This document shows positions 28,265 to 37,827 of a DNA stretch of 64,000 nucleotides, in pieces (position 1 is the first letter of the stretch; each line of letters begins with the position of its first letter). Both the position numbers and the translations under genes were made by a program. Under the pieces are notes generated by a model. That model saw only the letters and a list, made by a program, of their open reading frames with translations. It did no database searches and was not told where the DNA came from. Origin of the DNA: a virus; the IMG/VR virus record IMGVR_UViG_3300028800_000071, positions 16,796-80,795 of that record. One strand, given 5' to 3'.

Positions 28265-29196
28265 AAAAACTGCTCGGTGCAGTTCTGCTCACGGCGCTCG
28301 CGCTCGCAGGCTGCTCTCACGGAACAACGCATCACCCGGGCCTCGCGCCGGGAAAGATGCGTGCGCACAGTTCGCTCGTTCACAAGGTTGACCTTAAGGC
28401 CGGCAAGCCGCAAGAGCACGCCGTAATCGATCTGCGCAAACACCAGCCGACGGTATTCCTCGGTAGCGGCGTCAACTTCGGCCATATCATGGCCTATCAC
28501 TATCGTCACCATCGTCTGATCGGCGTTCACGATCTCGGGTTCGGGACCGTGACGAACGTCGGCGTAATGGCCATGGCCAACGACTTTGCGTGGGCCGGCC
28601 CGTCGGGTGCGCCGATCAATACGCTCGCGCTCTGCAAGTTCATGGCGACAGGTACGGGCACAACCGCCTCGGCCTCAACGGATATCGCGTTGCAGACCGC
28701 CGACGGTGTTGCCTCAGTCACCGGCACGCAGTCGCTCGTGAGCGCGGCCAACTCCCAAGCCTATAAGGTCGTCGGAACCCAAAACTATACGGGCACCGAG
28801 GCCGTCACGGAATGGGGACTCTTTGCGAACGGCACGCTTTCGGCGAGCACAGGCACGCCGTTTACCGCCGGATCGGCGACGAGCGGAACCGTAACAGGCA
28901 CACCGCTTACGGCATCGTCGACGACGGCTCAAGGCGAGCAACAGTTCATCTTCCAAGATACGACCAAATCGCCGAAGATCTACGGCTTGGTGACGAGCAA
29001 CACCACGTCGGTCGTGACCGTTCCGGCGTGGTACAAATCCACCGACGGCACCGCTGCCGGCACAACGCCGGCCAACGCCGATGCGTTGACGATTCTCCCG
29101 GTGATGCTCGACCATATCGTCTTTTCGGCGATCAACGTCATCAATGGCGACTCGATTCAGTTTACGTTCACGTTGACGTTGCCTTCGGGCTCGTAA
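28261..29196 (+). CDS. Lipoprotein-signal-bearing tail-fibre/collar-like protein
   Basis: MKKLLGAVLLTALALAG-C lipobox. The body (MATGTGTTA...TEWGLF...FSAINVINGDSIQFTFTL) resembles phage tail-associated proteins. Confidence 0.65.
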   Translation: MKKLLGAVLLTALALAGCSHGTTHHPGLAPGKMRAHSSLVHKVDLKAGKPQEHAVIDLRKHQPTVFLGSGVNFGHIMAYHYRHHRLIGVHDLGFGTVTNVGVMAMANDFAWAGPSGAPINTLALCKFMATGTGTTASASTDIALQTADGVASVTGTQSLVSAANSQAYKVVGTQNYTGTEAVTEWGLFANGTLSASTGTPFTAGSATSGTVTGTPLTASSTTAQGEQQFIFQDTTKSPKIYGLVTSNTTSVVTVPAWYKSTDGTAAGTTPANADALTILPVMLDHIVFSAINVINGDSIQFTFTLTLPSGS

Positions 29197-29220
29197 GTAA
29201 CTCGCACGGGAGTCTAGCCG

Positions 29221-32200
29221 ATGGCGATCTCGTTCGTCCAAGCCGCTCAAGGCGCGGGGTTCGGCGTCGTTCTCGGTGCGGCTCCCGTGAAAGGCAACCT
29301 CTTACTCGCCGTTGCGGTCAATAACGGCTCGACGCCGACAGCCAATACGGGCTGGACGAGCATCGACACCCTCAACCTCACGCAAGACGGCATTTCGCTC
29401 TATAAGATCGCTGGTGCGGCCGAACTCTCGACGCAGACGCCGATCGCCGGCACGTCGAGCAACGTTTCGGTCTACGAGTTCCACGCCGATCGCGGCTTTG
29501 CGGCCAATCCGGTCGATGACCATTCCGTGCGCCAAGGCGCACCGGCTACGCCGCCGACGTGCGTTTCTAACGGCGTAAACCCGACCAAGCCGATCAACGG
29601 AATGCTGGCGGTGTTTTACTCTACGTCGAGCGCCGATACGGCGCCGACGGCTGTTTCGGGCATGACCGTGCAACTCACGTTGAGCGGCGGCGCGACCGGC
29701 AACGGCGTCGGCTGTTATCAGATCGGCGTCAACGGCGAACACGTCACAAAAACAGCGACGTGGACCGGCTCAACGAGCGCATCATCGTGCGCCTTTATCA
29801 TCGTCTTTTACGAGCAGACGGAAGTCACGCTCGTGCAAGCCGCGACGGCCGTCGGCACCGGCGTCACGTTCGGATCTGCGCCGACGCAAGGCAATCTGCT
29901 CGTCGCCGTCTGCTTCAATAGCGGCACGCCGGCGCTCGGCACAGGCTGGACGAATATCGACAATCAGGCGAGTTCGCCCAATAGTCGATCTATGTATAAG
30001 ATCGCCGGGGCCGGCGAATCGACGACACAAAGTCCGACAAGTACGGCGACGAGTACGCTCATGGTCGCCGAGTTCAACGCCGTGAGCGGACCATTTACGG
30101 CAGCGAATCTCGACGTACATGGCGTGACGCGCGTTGCGACGGCAAATCCACCGAGCGTCACGTCCGGTGCTCTTACGCCATCGAAGGTCAACGACTTCGC
30201 CATCGTTGTCGCGTGCGATGCCGGTACGGCCGACGCTGCGCCGACGGCGATCACCGGCATGGTCACGCTCGTTGATATGCCAGGCACCGGCGGCAACGTC
30301 GGTATCGGCTTTGCGGCGTGGACGGTCAATACGGGCACGGGTTCGTTTACGAAAACCGTCACGTGGGGTAGCGGCACAACGTCGGCGAGCGCCGTTCACG
30401 TCATGATCTTTACGGTGCCGGGCTATACTTCAACGCCGTCGGGATCTGTGACGGGCGCGGGGGCCGCCAATCGCGCCGATAAGGCGGTGCGCACCGGCAG
30501 CATCACGGGAGCCAGCGCGCTCTCGCGGGCGATCGCTCATGGTCTGACGGCCTCGATCACGGCCGTGAGCTCCGCGCTCCGATTCGTCGCAAAGATATTG
30601 CCCGGCGCGTCGATGACGCCGACCGGCACGGCGACAAAGCAGGCGCAACTGCCGGTTGCAGGCAGCGTCACGGGTGCAAGCTCGTTCGTGCGCGCAACCT
30701 TTGCACAACTCGCTGGAAGCGAAACGCCGGCCGGAACGTTCGTGCGTTTCATTCAGCGCGTGCTCACGACGGGCTCGATCACGGGTGCCGGCGCCGCTTC
30801 AAAGCAGACGCAGGTGCCGGTGGCCGGGTCCGTCACGGGCTCGACTTCGATGCTGCACGCCATCGGCGCGCTACTCAGCGGCAGCGTCACGGGCGCGACC
30901 GGATTCGTTCGCTCGACGTTCCGTAAACTCACCGGCAGCGAGACCCCCGCCGGCGCGGCTACGCGTGCGATCGCGCGCGCCTTTACTGCGGCGAGCATCA
31001 CGGCAAGCTCGGCTCTGGCCACCGGCAAAGCCTTCGTGCGATCCTTGACGAGTTCGATCACGGGCACGACCGGCTTCGTTCGCTCGACGTTCCGCAAGCT
31101 CACCGGCAGCGAAACGCCAGCCGGCGCGGCTGCGCGTGCGATCGCGCGCGCGTTCACGGCAGCGAGCATTACAGCCACGTCGGCGCTGGCCACCAGCAAG
31201 TCTTTCCTCCGATCATTCACGGGTTCGATCACGGGCTCGAGTTCGATGCTACACGCCATCGGTGCGCTTCTCAGCGGCAGCGTCACGGGCACGAGCTCGA
31301 TGAACCGCTCGATCGGCGCGAAGCTCACCGGAAGCATCACGGATGCCGGGACGTTCATCCGATCGACCGTCGCGAAACTTACGGGCAGCGAAACTCCCGC
31401 CGGTGTCGTCGCGCGCGCGATCGCCCGCACCTTCGCCGCGGCGAGCATCACGGCGAGCTCGGCTCTGGCCACCGGCAAGGCGTTCGTTCGATCGTTCACC
31501 GGCTCGATCACCCCGGCCGGCTCGATCAATCGGTTCACGACGGCGCTGATCTCGGGCAGCGAGGCCGCTACGTCGTCGCTCAACCGCTTCACGGCGCGTC
31601 TTGAGGCCGGGAGCATTACCGGGGCCGGCACGGCTCACAAATCGACCGGAACGGTCGAAAGCGGCAGCATCACGGATGCCGGGGCGATCGGCAAGCAGAC
31701 GAAGGTGCCCGTGGCGGGCAGCGTCACGAGCTCGGGAACGCTCAGGCGCTCGATCTTCGCCTTGCTCGCGGCCAGCATCACGGCGGCCAGCGCGATCCGG
31801 CGCGCGTCGACCAGGGCGCTCGTCGCCCAGGTTACGCCGCAGGGCGGGCTCGCCCGGGCGATCGGCGCGGCGCTCGCGAGTGCCAGCATTACGGCACAGT
31901 CGCTGCTTACGTCCAATCGTGCCATCATCCGCAACTTCACGGCGTCGATCGCGCCGAGCGGGACGATCGGCAAAGCCGTCAGCGCGCTACTGAGCGGCAA
32001 CGTGGCGCCGGCGACACACCTCCTTCGCTCGACGGTCGTACAGTTCGGCGGCCAGATCACCGCAACGGCCGGCATCGTCCGTACGACGGTGCTCAATATC
32101 GCCGGCAGCATCGCGGCCGCTGGCACCATTGCTCGTGGCCGTATCAAGAACTTCACCGGCTCAATCACCGGGCAAGGCGTGCTCGCCGACCGCAAGGCGA

Positions 32201-32505
32201 TCAACGTCATCTTCAACGCCGTGCTTGCGCCGCAGGGCACGATACGTCGGTCGATCCGCAAGGCGTTCGCGGCCGTCATTGCGGCCGTCGGGTCGCTTCG
32301 CAATCTGTTCTATCACGCGCCGCCGGCCATCGTGCTCGATATTGCGATCATCGCGCCGACGGAGATCAGCGCCTCGATTCTCGCGCCGACGGTGATCGGC
32401 GCACCGATTCTCGCGCCGACGACAATCAGCGCACCGATTCTCGCGCCGACGATGCTTGAGCTCGATATTCCCGGCGCCATCATTCTGTCGGTTTCGGGGG
32501 ACTAA
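29221..32505 (+). CDS. Large repetitive fibre/adhesin-like structural protein
   Basis: Two tandem ~200-aa beta domains (VQAA...GNLL-AV), then dozens of ~20-aa GSIT-repeat units and ILAPT repeats. Confidence 0.7.
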   Translation: MAISFVQAAQGAGFGVVLGAAPVKGNLLLAVAVNNGSTPTANTGWTSIDTLNLTQDGISLYKIAGAAELSTQTPIAGTSSNVSVYEFHADRGFAANPVDDHSVRQGAPATPPTCVSNGVNPTKPINGMLAVFYSTSSADTAPTAVSGMTVQLTLSGGATGNGVGCYQIGVNGEHVTKTATWTGSTSASSCAFIIVFYEQTEVTLVQAATAVGTGVTFGSAPTQGNLLVAVCFNSGTPALGTGWTNIDNQASSPNSRSMYKIAGAGESTTQSPTSTATSTLMVAEFNAVSGPFTAANLDVHGVTRVATANPPSVTSGALTPSKVNDFAIVVACDAGTADAAPTAITGMVTLVDMPGTGGNVGIGFAAWTVNTGTGSFTKTVTWGSGTTSASAVHVMIFTVPGYTSTPSGSVTGAGAANRADKAVRTGSITGASALSRAIAHGLTASITAVSSALRFVAKILPGASMTPTGTATKQAQLPVAGSVTGASSFVRATFAQLAGSETPAGTFVRFIQRVLTTGSITGAGAASKQTQVPVAGSVTGSTSMLHAIGALLSGSVTGATGFVRSTFRKLTGSETPAGAATRAIARAFTAASITASSALATGKAFVRSLTSSITGTTGFVRSTFRKLTGSETPAGAAARAIARAFTAASITATSALATSKSFLRSFTGSITGSSSMLHAIGALLSGSVTGTSSMNRSIGAKLTGSITDAGTFIRSTVAKLTGSETPAGVVARAIARTFAAASITASSALATGKAFVRSFTGSITPAGSINRFTTALISGSEAATSSLNRFTARLEAGSITGAGTAHKSTGTVESGSITDAGAIGKQTKVPVAGSVTSSGTLRRSIFALLAASITAASAIRRASTRALVAQVTPQGGLARAIGAALASASITAQSLLTSNRAIIRNFTASIAPSGTIGKAVSALLSGNVAPATHLLRSTVVQFGGQITATAGIVRTTVLNIAGSIAAAGTIARGRIKNFTGSITGQGVLADRKAINVIFNAVLAPQGTIRRSIRKAFAAVIAAVGSLRNLFYHAPPAIVLDIAIIAPTEISASILAPTVIGAPILAPTTISAPILAPTMLELDIPGAIILSVSGD

Positions 32506-32838
32506 ATGAATAGCGACCAGCAGCCGGTCATCATTCCGCAAAAGACGATCGGCCGAACGATCAAAGTCAATACCAACGGCGAAGGCTACGTAATCACTTC
32601 GGGCCTCACGGCCGTCCTGATCTTCCGCCAAGTGAGCGGCACGGGCGTTCGCAACGAAAAACAACTCACGTGCGCGATCGCCGCCGACGGCCTGTCGGTA
32701 TCCTATACGACGGTCGGCGGCGAGTTCGACGCGATCCCCGGTCTGTGCGATGCGCAGGTCAAAGTCTTTGCCTCTGGCGTGCTCGACTACAGCTACGTCA
32801 TGCCACGCCTCGTCAACATTCAGCCGCCTTTAGGATGA
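32506..32838 (+). CDS. BppU-N-like small structural protein
   Basis: DGLSVSYTTVGGEFDAIPG-x-x-x-AQVKV pattern. Confidence 0.5.
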   Translation: MNSDQQPVIIPQKTIGRTIKVNTNGEGYVITSGLTAVLIFRQVSGTGVRNEKQLTCAIAADGLSVSYTTVGGEFDAIPGLCDAQVKVFASGVLDYSYVMPRLVNIQPPLG

Positions 32839-33146
32839 ACACTATGGCGATCAAGTTTTCGAACCCATGGATGGCGGCGCTCTACGCGGCGCTCTATTCG
32901 TGCTTCATTAGTGCGTTCACGATCGTCTCGACGGCCGTCGGCGTCGGCTTGACGCTCGGCCCCAAAAACGGCGGCTTCGACGATCTGACGACCTTCATTA
33001 CGTTTATGAGCCACGCATGGTTCGGCTGCGTACTCGGCTTCGTCTTTCAGGTCGGGCCGTACGTGCGCGCCAAGCAAGGCTTTACGGCCTCGAAGAACGG
33101 CGGCGCAACAGCTCCCCCGCCGGAACAAAACCAGCCAGACAAATAG
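32835..33146 (+). CDS. Two-TM membrane protein (holin-like)
   Basis: Two hydrophobic helices and a polar tail. Confidence 0.5.
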   Translation: MNTMAIKFSNPWMAALYAALYSCFISAFTIVSTAVGVGLTLGPKNGGFDDLTTFITFMSHAWFGCVLGFVFQVGPYVRAKQGFTASKNGGATAPPPEQNQPDK

Positions 33147-33208
33147 GAAGCCGCCGTCGAGCGGCCAATCTCCTCCCCCACACCCTCGAAAACGTTAGGA
33201 GAACAAAG

Positions 33209-33511
33209 ATGGATCTTCAAGATATCCTCAAGCCGCTCGAAAAGGAAATGATCGAAGCGGTCGCCGCGGGTCTCGATAACGAAAAGACCGCGATCGAGCA
33301 AGTCACCGGACCGGCGGTTTTGGTCGTCGTCAACGGTGCCGTCAAGGTCGCCGATGGCGTGTTTGCGCAGTTCCCGTGGGGCACCGGCGCGATCGTCGAT
33401 GCCGCGCTGCATAAGTACGTGCAGCAATACGAAGGCGATATCAGCAAGTACGAAGGCGCCGGGATCGACGATCTCGTGCAGCTGCTCGAAAACGCCGCAG
33501 CGAAACTCTAA
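33209..33511 (+). CDS. Hypothetical protein
   Basis: AGGAGA RBS; last gene before the terminator. Confidence 0.65.
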   Translation: MDLQDILKPLEKEMIEAVAAGLDNEKTAIEQVTGPAVLVVVNGAVKVADGVFAQFPWGTGAIVDAALHKYVQQYEGDISKYEGAGIDDLVQLLENAAAKL

Positions 33512-33532
33512 CCCCTATCGCACGTTGCAACG

Positions 33533-33572
33533 AAGCACCCTCGCCGTAATGGCGGGGGTGCTTTTTTCTTTT
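33533..33572 (+). terminator. Intrinsic terminator ending the late operon
   Basis: AAGCACCCTCGCC-GTAAT-GGCGGGGGTGCTT followed by a T-run. Confidence 0.85.
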
Positions 33573-33772
33573 GTCCCGAGGAGGCATGAAGAAGCGAACA
33601 GATGACGACGACGATCTCGTCGAATACGATCCCCCCGAGCCAGAGCCCGAGCGAGAGCGCGTCAAGCTGCCGCCGCTCAAACCCGTCGATCAACTCGAAC
33701 GAACGCGTCTGCGGCCGGCGCCGACGCACGTGACGCACAAGATTCCAAAATGAAAGGACGGCATCTAACGCC

Positions 33773-34345
33773 ATGACAACCGCAAAGCGGACCCTCAACG
33801 GTCTGCGCATCGAAACCAAGAACCTTGCCGATCTCAAGGCGGCGCCCTACAACCCGCGCACGATCTCGCAAGAAGCGCTCAACGGGCTTGCGAAAAGCCT
33901 CGAACGATTCGGCATCGTCGAACCGATCATCTTCAACGAACGTACCGGGCACGTCGTCGGCGGCCACCAGCGGCTCAAGGTCCTGGAGCATCAAAAGAAG
34001 CAGCAGACCGACGTGATCGTCGTCGATCTTGAGCTCAAGGAAGAAAAGGCGCTCAACGTCGCGCTCAACAGCGAGCATATTCAGGGCGAGTTCGACGACG
34101 AAAAACTCGAGGCGCTGCTCAAAGAGATTCACGTGAGCGACAAAGAGCTATTCGACGGCCTGCGCTTCGAGGAGTTCGGCTTCAACATTGAAGCGCCGAA
34201 TATCGACGACGTGGTAGGCACGCCGAACATGGCCTTCGCCTCGAAGTTCGAGTGTATCGTCACGTGCAAAGACGAAGCCGAGCAGCGCGATCTCTACGAA
34301 CGCCTGCAAGCCGAGGGCTACAAGGTCAAGGTTCTGCAACTGTGA
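33773..34345 (+). CDS. ParB/Srx N-terminal domain protein
   Basis: LKAAPYNPR...SLERFGIVEPIIFN...VVGGHQRLK...EKALNVALN. Confidence 0.88.
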   Translation: MTTAKRTLNGLRIETKNLADLKAAPYNPRTISQEALNGLAKSLERFGIVEPIIFNERTGHVVGGHQRLKVLEHQKKQQTDVIVVDLELKEEKALNVALNSEHIQGEFDDEKLEALLKEIHVSDKELFDGLRFEEFGFNIEAPNIDDVVGTPNMAFASKFECIVTCKDEAEQRDLYERLQAEGYKVKVLQL

Positions 34346-35565
34346 TCGTCGAGCTCGAACTCAAATCGCCCGTATCGGATACGTTTCGCGTGCAGACGCT
34401 CGCGTCGCGCATGGATTACGAGCCTTCGGAGAGCACGACGTTTCGGCTCACGGCCGAGCTCCCGTCGCTCGACGAGAAGTGGAACGTCGGCCTGATCGTC
34501 GGACCGTCGGGCAGCGGCAAGACGCGGCTGCTCGAAAAGGCCTACCCGTCGTTCACAGACGCCGCCAAGTATCATTGGAAAGCCAAGTCGTTCATCGACG
34601 ATCTGGCCGAGAAGGCGAGCGTCGAACAGATCTCGCTCGCGCTCACGTCAGCCGGCTTATCGTCCGTGCCGACGTGGATGCTGCCGTATCATCGCCTTTC
34701 CAACGGTCAACAGCAACGCGCTGCGATGACGCGCGCTCTGCTCGAAACCGATGAGATCGCCTTTGACGAGTTTTCGTCGATGCTCGATCGTGTGGTTGCT
34801 CGTACGACGGCGATGGCCGTCGCGAAAACGATCCGTCGTGCCAACAAGCGGCTCGTTGTCGCCACCTGTCACTATGATATCGCTGAGTGGTTGGAAGCCG
34901 ATTGGGTTTTCGATACTGCGACGGCGACGTTGGCAAGGGGGAAACTTCAGCGACCAAAGCTCGACATTACAGTCCATCCTGCACCGCGTTCTCTCTGGCC
35001 CCTCTTTGCGCCGTATCATTATATGAATCCGCGCCAAGCGCCGGCGGCGCGCTGCTTCATCGCCACGCTCAACGTCAAAGGCGAGGAGGCGATCTGCGGG
35101 TGGGTCAGCTTCGTGCCGGTGGCCGGCTACAAACACTATTGGCGCGGCCATCGCGCCGTGGTGCTGCCCGACTTTCAGGGGATCGGGATCGGCGCGCGGT
35201 TTCCGAGCGCGTGCTTCGATATTCTGAGCAAGGAAGATCCCAAGCGTCGTATCAGTACGATCACGGGTTCGATCGCGCTCAACGTTGCGAAGCAGCGGCA
35301 GAAGTGGTGGATTCTCACGCGCGCCCCGTCACGCATCACGGGTCGTGACGTGGGGACGTTGAAAGCGACGGCGCACCGATCGTTCGAACGTTTGACGACG
35401 ACGTGGGTATTCGACGCGCCGAAGTACGACGCGAAAGCGAACGGCGAAGTGCCGCTTGATTACGACGCGTCTGCGTCTGATCAGACGAAGCGCGAAAGCG
35501 CGAAAGCGCAGACGCGAGGGCGCGTCAAGGGGGCGTCTGTGACGCGTTCAAAAGACGACGGGTGA
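34342..35565 (+). CDS. ABC-type ATPase fused to GNAT acetyltransferase
   Basis: Walker A GPSGSGKT, signature LSNGQQQR, Walker B IAFDEF, H-loop TCH; C-terminal acetyl-CoA motif VVLPDFQGIGIG. GTGA overlap with ParB. Confidence 0.88.
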   Translation: MIVELELKSPVSDTFRVQTLASRMDYEPSESTTFRLTAELPSLDEKWNVGLIVGPSGSGKTRLLEKAYPSFTDAAKYHWKAKSFIDDLAEKASVEQISLALTSAGLSSVPTWMLPYHRLSNGQQQRAAMTRALLETDEIAFDEFSSMLDRVVARTTAMAVAKTIRRANKRLVVATCHYDIAEWLEADWVFDTATATLARGKLQRPKLDITVHPAPRSLWPLFAPYHYMNPRQAPAARCFIATLNVKGEEAICGWVSFVPVAGYKHYWRGHRAVVLPDFQGIGIGARFPSACFDILSKEDPKRRISTITGSIALNVAKQRQKWWILTRAPSRITGRDVGTLKATAHRSFERLTTTWVFDAPKYDAKANGEVPLDYDASASDQTKRESAKAQTRGRVKGASVTRSKDDG

Positions 35566-35895
35566 CGTATCAGACGCGGGGGCGCGTTCAGACGCGTCAG
35601 GGGGCAGGGAAACGTCATATCCCGTCAGTCTTTCAGACGCGTTCAGAACGCGTCAGATCAGCATCGAACACCTGTTCGATACTTTCACGAATGGCAGCTT
35701 GCCCTGGTGGGCGGGCAAGCGTCGTTTTAAGCGTTTCCCTGCGTCCCTAGACCCCCCTAGCCCCCCGCAGCAGTATCAGACGCAGACGATTCTCAGACGC
35801 AGCAGGGGGCAGGGAAAGCGAGCCCCACGCGATTCTGTACGAAGCGCGTCTGAGAAGCGTCGGGGGGCGACGTTCAGATGTTCAGACGCGTCTGA
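35467..35895. repeat. Cluster of TCAGACGC/GCGTCTGA motifs
   Basis: About a dozen copies in both orientations, including the palindrome TCAGACGCGTCTGA at 35882-35895. Confidence 0.7.
35663..35680. promoter_or_regulatory. LexA (SOS) box, Gram-positive type
   Basis: ATCGAAC-ACCT-GTTCGAT matches CGAAC-N4-GTTCG. Confidence 0.65.
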
Positions 35896-35952
35896 TCAGT
35901 ACGTTCGGAAAGTGCTCACTTTTGGAACGCCGCGCGGCAGATCGCCGGATGC

Positions 35953-35993
35953 AAAAAAGAAAAGAGGGTCGCCTGATCGGCGGCCCTCTTTTT
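35953..35993. terminator. Bidirectional intrinsic terminator between convergent operons
   Basis: AAAAGAGGGTCGCC-TGATC-GGCGGCCCTCTTTT with an A-run before and a T-run after. Confidence 0.8.
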
Positions 35994-35995
35994 CG

Positions 35996-36403
35996 TTATC
36001 CGACGAGCGCGCTTATTCGCCGTCGAACGTGATCGGGTGGCGTCCACAGTCCTTGACGCCCGCTGGTTTTGATCGGCTCGATGCGTCGAACGTTGCGCAG
36101 CATCCAGCAGTAGGGTCCCGCTGCCCATGGCGGCAGATCGTCACCGAACTCGCGAACGTGAATCACGTCGACGAGCTCGGCGATCGCGACGATGCTGCTT
36201 CGCTGCGCCATCGCCTCGGCGCGCAGGCGATCGGACAGACGCCCGACGTTCGCCTCAACGGCGGCGAGATCGTCGAACGCTTTGCTGCCGGCGTGAATCA
36301 AGATCGTGCCGCGATACGGGGTCGGCCATGTACGATTCTCGATTCGTTTCCCGGCGTGCGTGATCGCCCACGCCCACGGCTGCCGCAGCGTGAGTGCTCT
36401 CAA
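35996..36403 (-). CDS. ASCH domain protein
   Basis: ALTLRQPWAWAI...KRIENRTW...RGTILIHAG...GRQGLW. Confidence 0.92.
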   Translation of the reverse strand: MRALTLRQPWAWAITHAGKRIENRTWPTPYRGTILIHAGSKAFDDLAAVEANVGRLSDRLRAEAMAQRSSIVAIAELVDVIHVREFGDDLPPWAAGPYCWMLRNVRRIEPIKTSGRQGLWTPPDHVRRRISALVG

Positions 36404-36666
36404 CCTTGCCTCTCTTTCCGATGCGCGCGATTGCGCCGTTGTGCCTGGCGCCGGCGATGCACGGCGTCCACGTACAGCGGTTCCTTGCCGCGTGATCTGG
36501 CATCCTGAACGACCCTAGTCGGGATTCGCTCGCCGCAGTTGCAGCCGCAGAGCGGATTCGCTTTGCATCCCGGGCAGTAGTCCTCCGTATGCCAGCCGTG
36601 ATCGGGGCATTTGTCTGCGCCGCAGACGCAGGTCGTGCCCTGATCTTTTTTGTGGCGATGATTCAT
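36400..36666 (-). CDS. Cys-rich small protein
   Basis: Several CxC/CxxC motifs; coupled to its neighbours. Confidence 0.55.
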   Translation of the reverse strand: MNHRHKKDQGTTCVCGADKCPDHGWHTEDYCPGCKANPLCGCNCGERIPTRVVQDARSRGKEPLYVDAVHRRRQAQRRNRAHRKERQG

Positions 36667-36911
36667 TCGTCGCCGTCCTCGTCCGTGACTTCTTCGATAT
36701 CGTCGGCGAGCTTGTATTCGCTCTCGACGACGGGTCCGAAGAATACGGTGATATGCCCGACCCGTTCGTCGTCAACTTCGACTTCGACGTGCTCGGGTAG
36801 AACGGCGCTGAGAATCTCGGCGGCCGACGCTTCATCTTCCGCCTTGATCTCGGCGCAGAACCCGATTGGTCCGGTGCTGCTATTGCCGCAGCTGAAATGT
36901 ACCACTTTCAT
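36663..36911 (-). CDS. Hypothetical protein
   Basis: Starts MKVVHFSCGNS; coupled overlaps. Confidence 0.55.
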   Translation of the reverse strand: MKVVHFSCGNSSTGPIGFCAEIKAEDEASAAEILSAVLPEHVEVEVDDERVGHITVFFGPVVESEYKLADDIEEVTDEDGDE

Positions 36912-37369
36912 TTGATGCCGTATCCTTTCAGCGCTTCGCCGATTTTGATGCCGAGGTTCTGTGCGTACCCAACCGAATCGCGGCATTCGGGCGCGTCGGT
37001 GTAGATATCGTCGTGCGTCGTCGCCATCAGCGATCTCACGACTTCAAGGAACGAGCGCTTTACCGGCACGTCATCGCGCTCGATGTCGGCGGCGAGGTCG
37101 TTGCGAAGCGATTCAAGAACCGAGCGCGATACCATCATGCAGTTGAACTTGCCGGGGTCCGGCTCGCCGCGCAGCATTTGCCGAACGCGATGCAGATCGT
37201 CGATCAACGTATCGAGGCGATCATCGACTTGGCCGGCTTCCGGCTCGCGATTTTCGCCGTCGAGGCATTCGATGCGAATCGCCTCGAACAGCGGACTGTC
37301 GGGATCGTGAAAGCCCTCGCTCATCGTTTCCCAGGCTTTCTCGAATTGTTTGGCGGTGATTCTCGGCAT
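36908..37369 (-). CDS. Hypothetical protein
   Basis: AAGGAG RBS; coupled to neighbours. Confidence 0.6.
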   Translation of the reverse strand: MPRITAKQFEKAWETMSEGFHDPDSPLFEAIRIECLDGENREPEAGQVDDRLDTLIDDLHRVRQMLRGEPDPGKFNCMMVSRSVLESLRNDLAADIERDDVPVKRSFLEVVRSLMATTHDDIYTDAPECRDSVGYAQNLGIKIGEALKGYGIK

Positions 37370-37827
37370 TAGTGATTCTCCTTTATCGCGAGAAAGTTGT
37401 TCGCGGCTTCTTTGTGCTTACACCACTTCTCGGCGTGACCGTCGGCGCAGGTGCAGGACGGACGCGACGAATCGGTCGTCCACGTTCCGTGCAGACGCTG
37501 ACGCCGATGCTCTTGCATCCCTTGGACGTGAAACGCGTTCTCGATGCCGTCATCCCATACGGATATGAACCCGTTGGCGTTCTCTTGAACGGCGAGGTTC
37601 TCGCTCGGCGTGAGGCAGCGGCCTTCATGGCCGATGCCGACTTGCTCGATCTCGCGCCAATGCTCGTCGAGCAGTTGATTGGCGACGGTGATGATCTCAA
37701 CGCCGGCGCCGTCCGTGTACGTGTTTTGGATGACGCCTTCTTGGCTCACGATGCCGACCGTGATCTCCGGCTCGATCTGCTCACCGCAGGCGAGGCAGGC
37801 GAGATTCTCGTGTTTGCAATCGCTCAT
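37369..37827 (-). CDS. SWIM zinc-finger protein
   Basis: C-terminal SCTCADG...WCKH (CxC...CxH). Confidence 0.7.
   Translation of the reverse strand: MSDCKHENLACLACGEQIEPEITVGIVSQEGVIQNTYTDGAGVEIITVANQLLDEHWREIEQVGIGHEGRCLTPSENLAVQENANGFISVWDDGIENAFHVQGMQEHRRQRLHGTWTTDSSRPSCTCADGHAEKWCKHKEAANNFLAIKENH

Noticed and set aside
30880-31500. Diversity-generating retroelement template/variable repeats
   Set aside because: The repeats are in-frame within one gene, differences are mostly synonymous rather than adenine-specific, and no reverse transcriptase was seen.
34342-35565. ABC transporter
   Set aside because: No transmembrane partner; the ATPase is fused to a GNAT domain.
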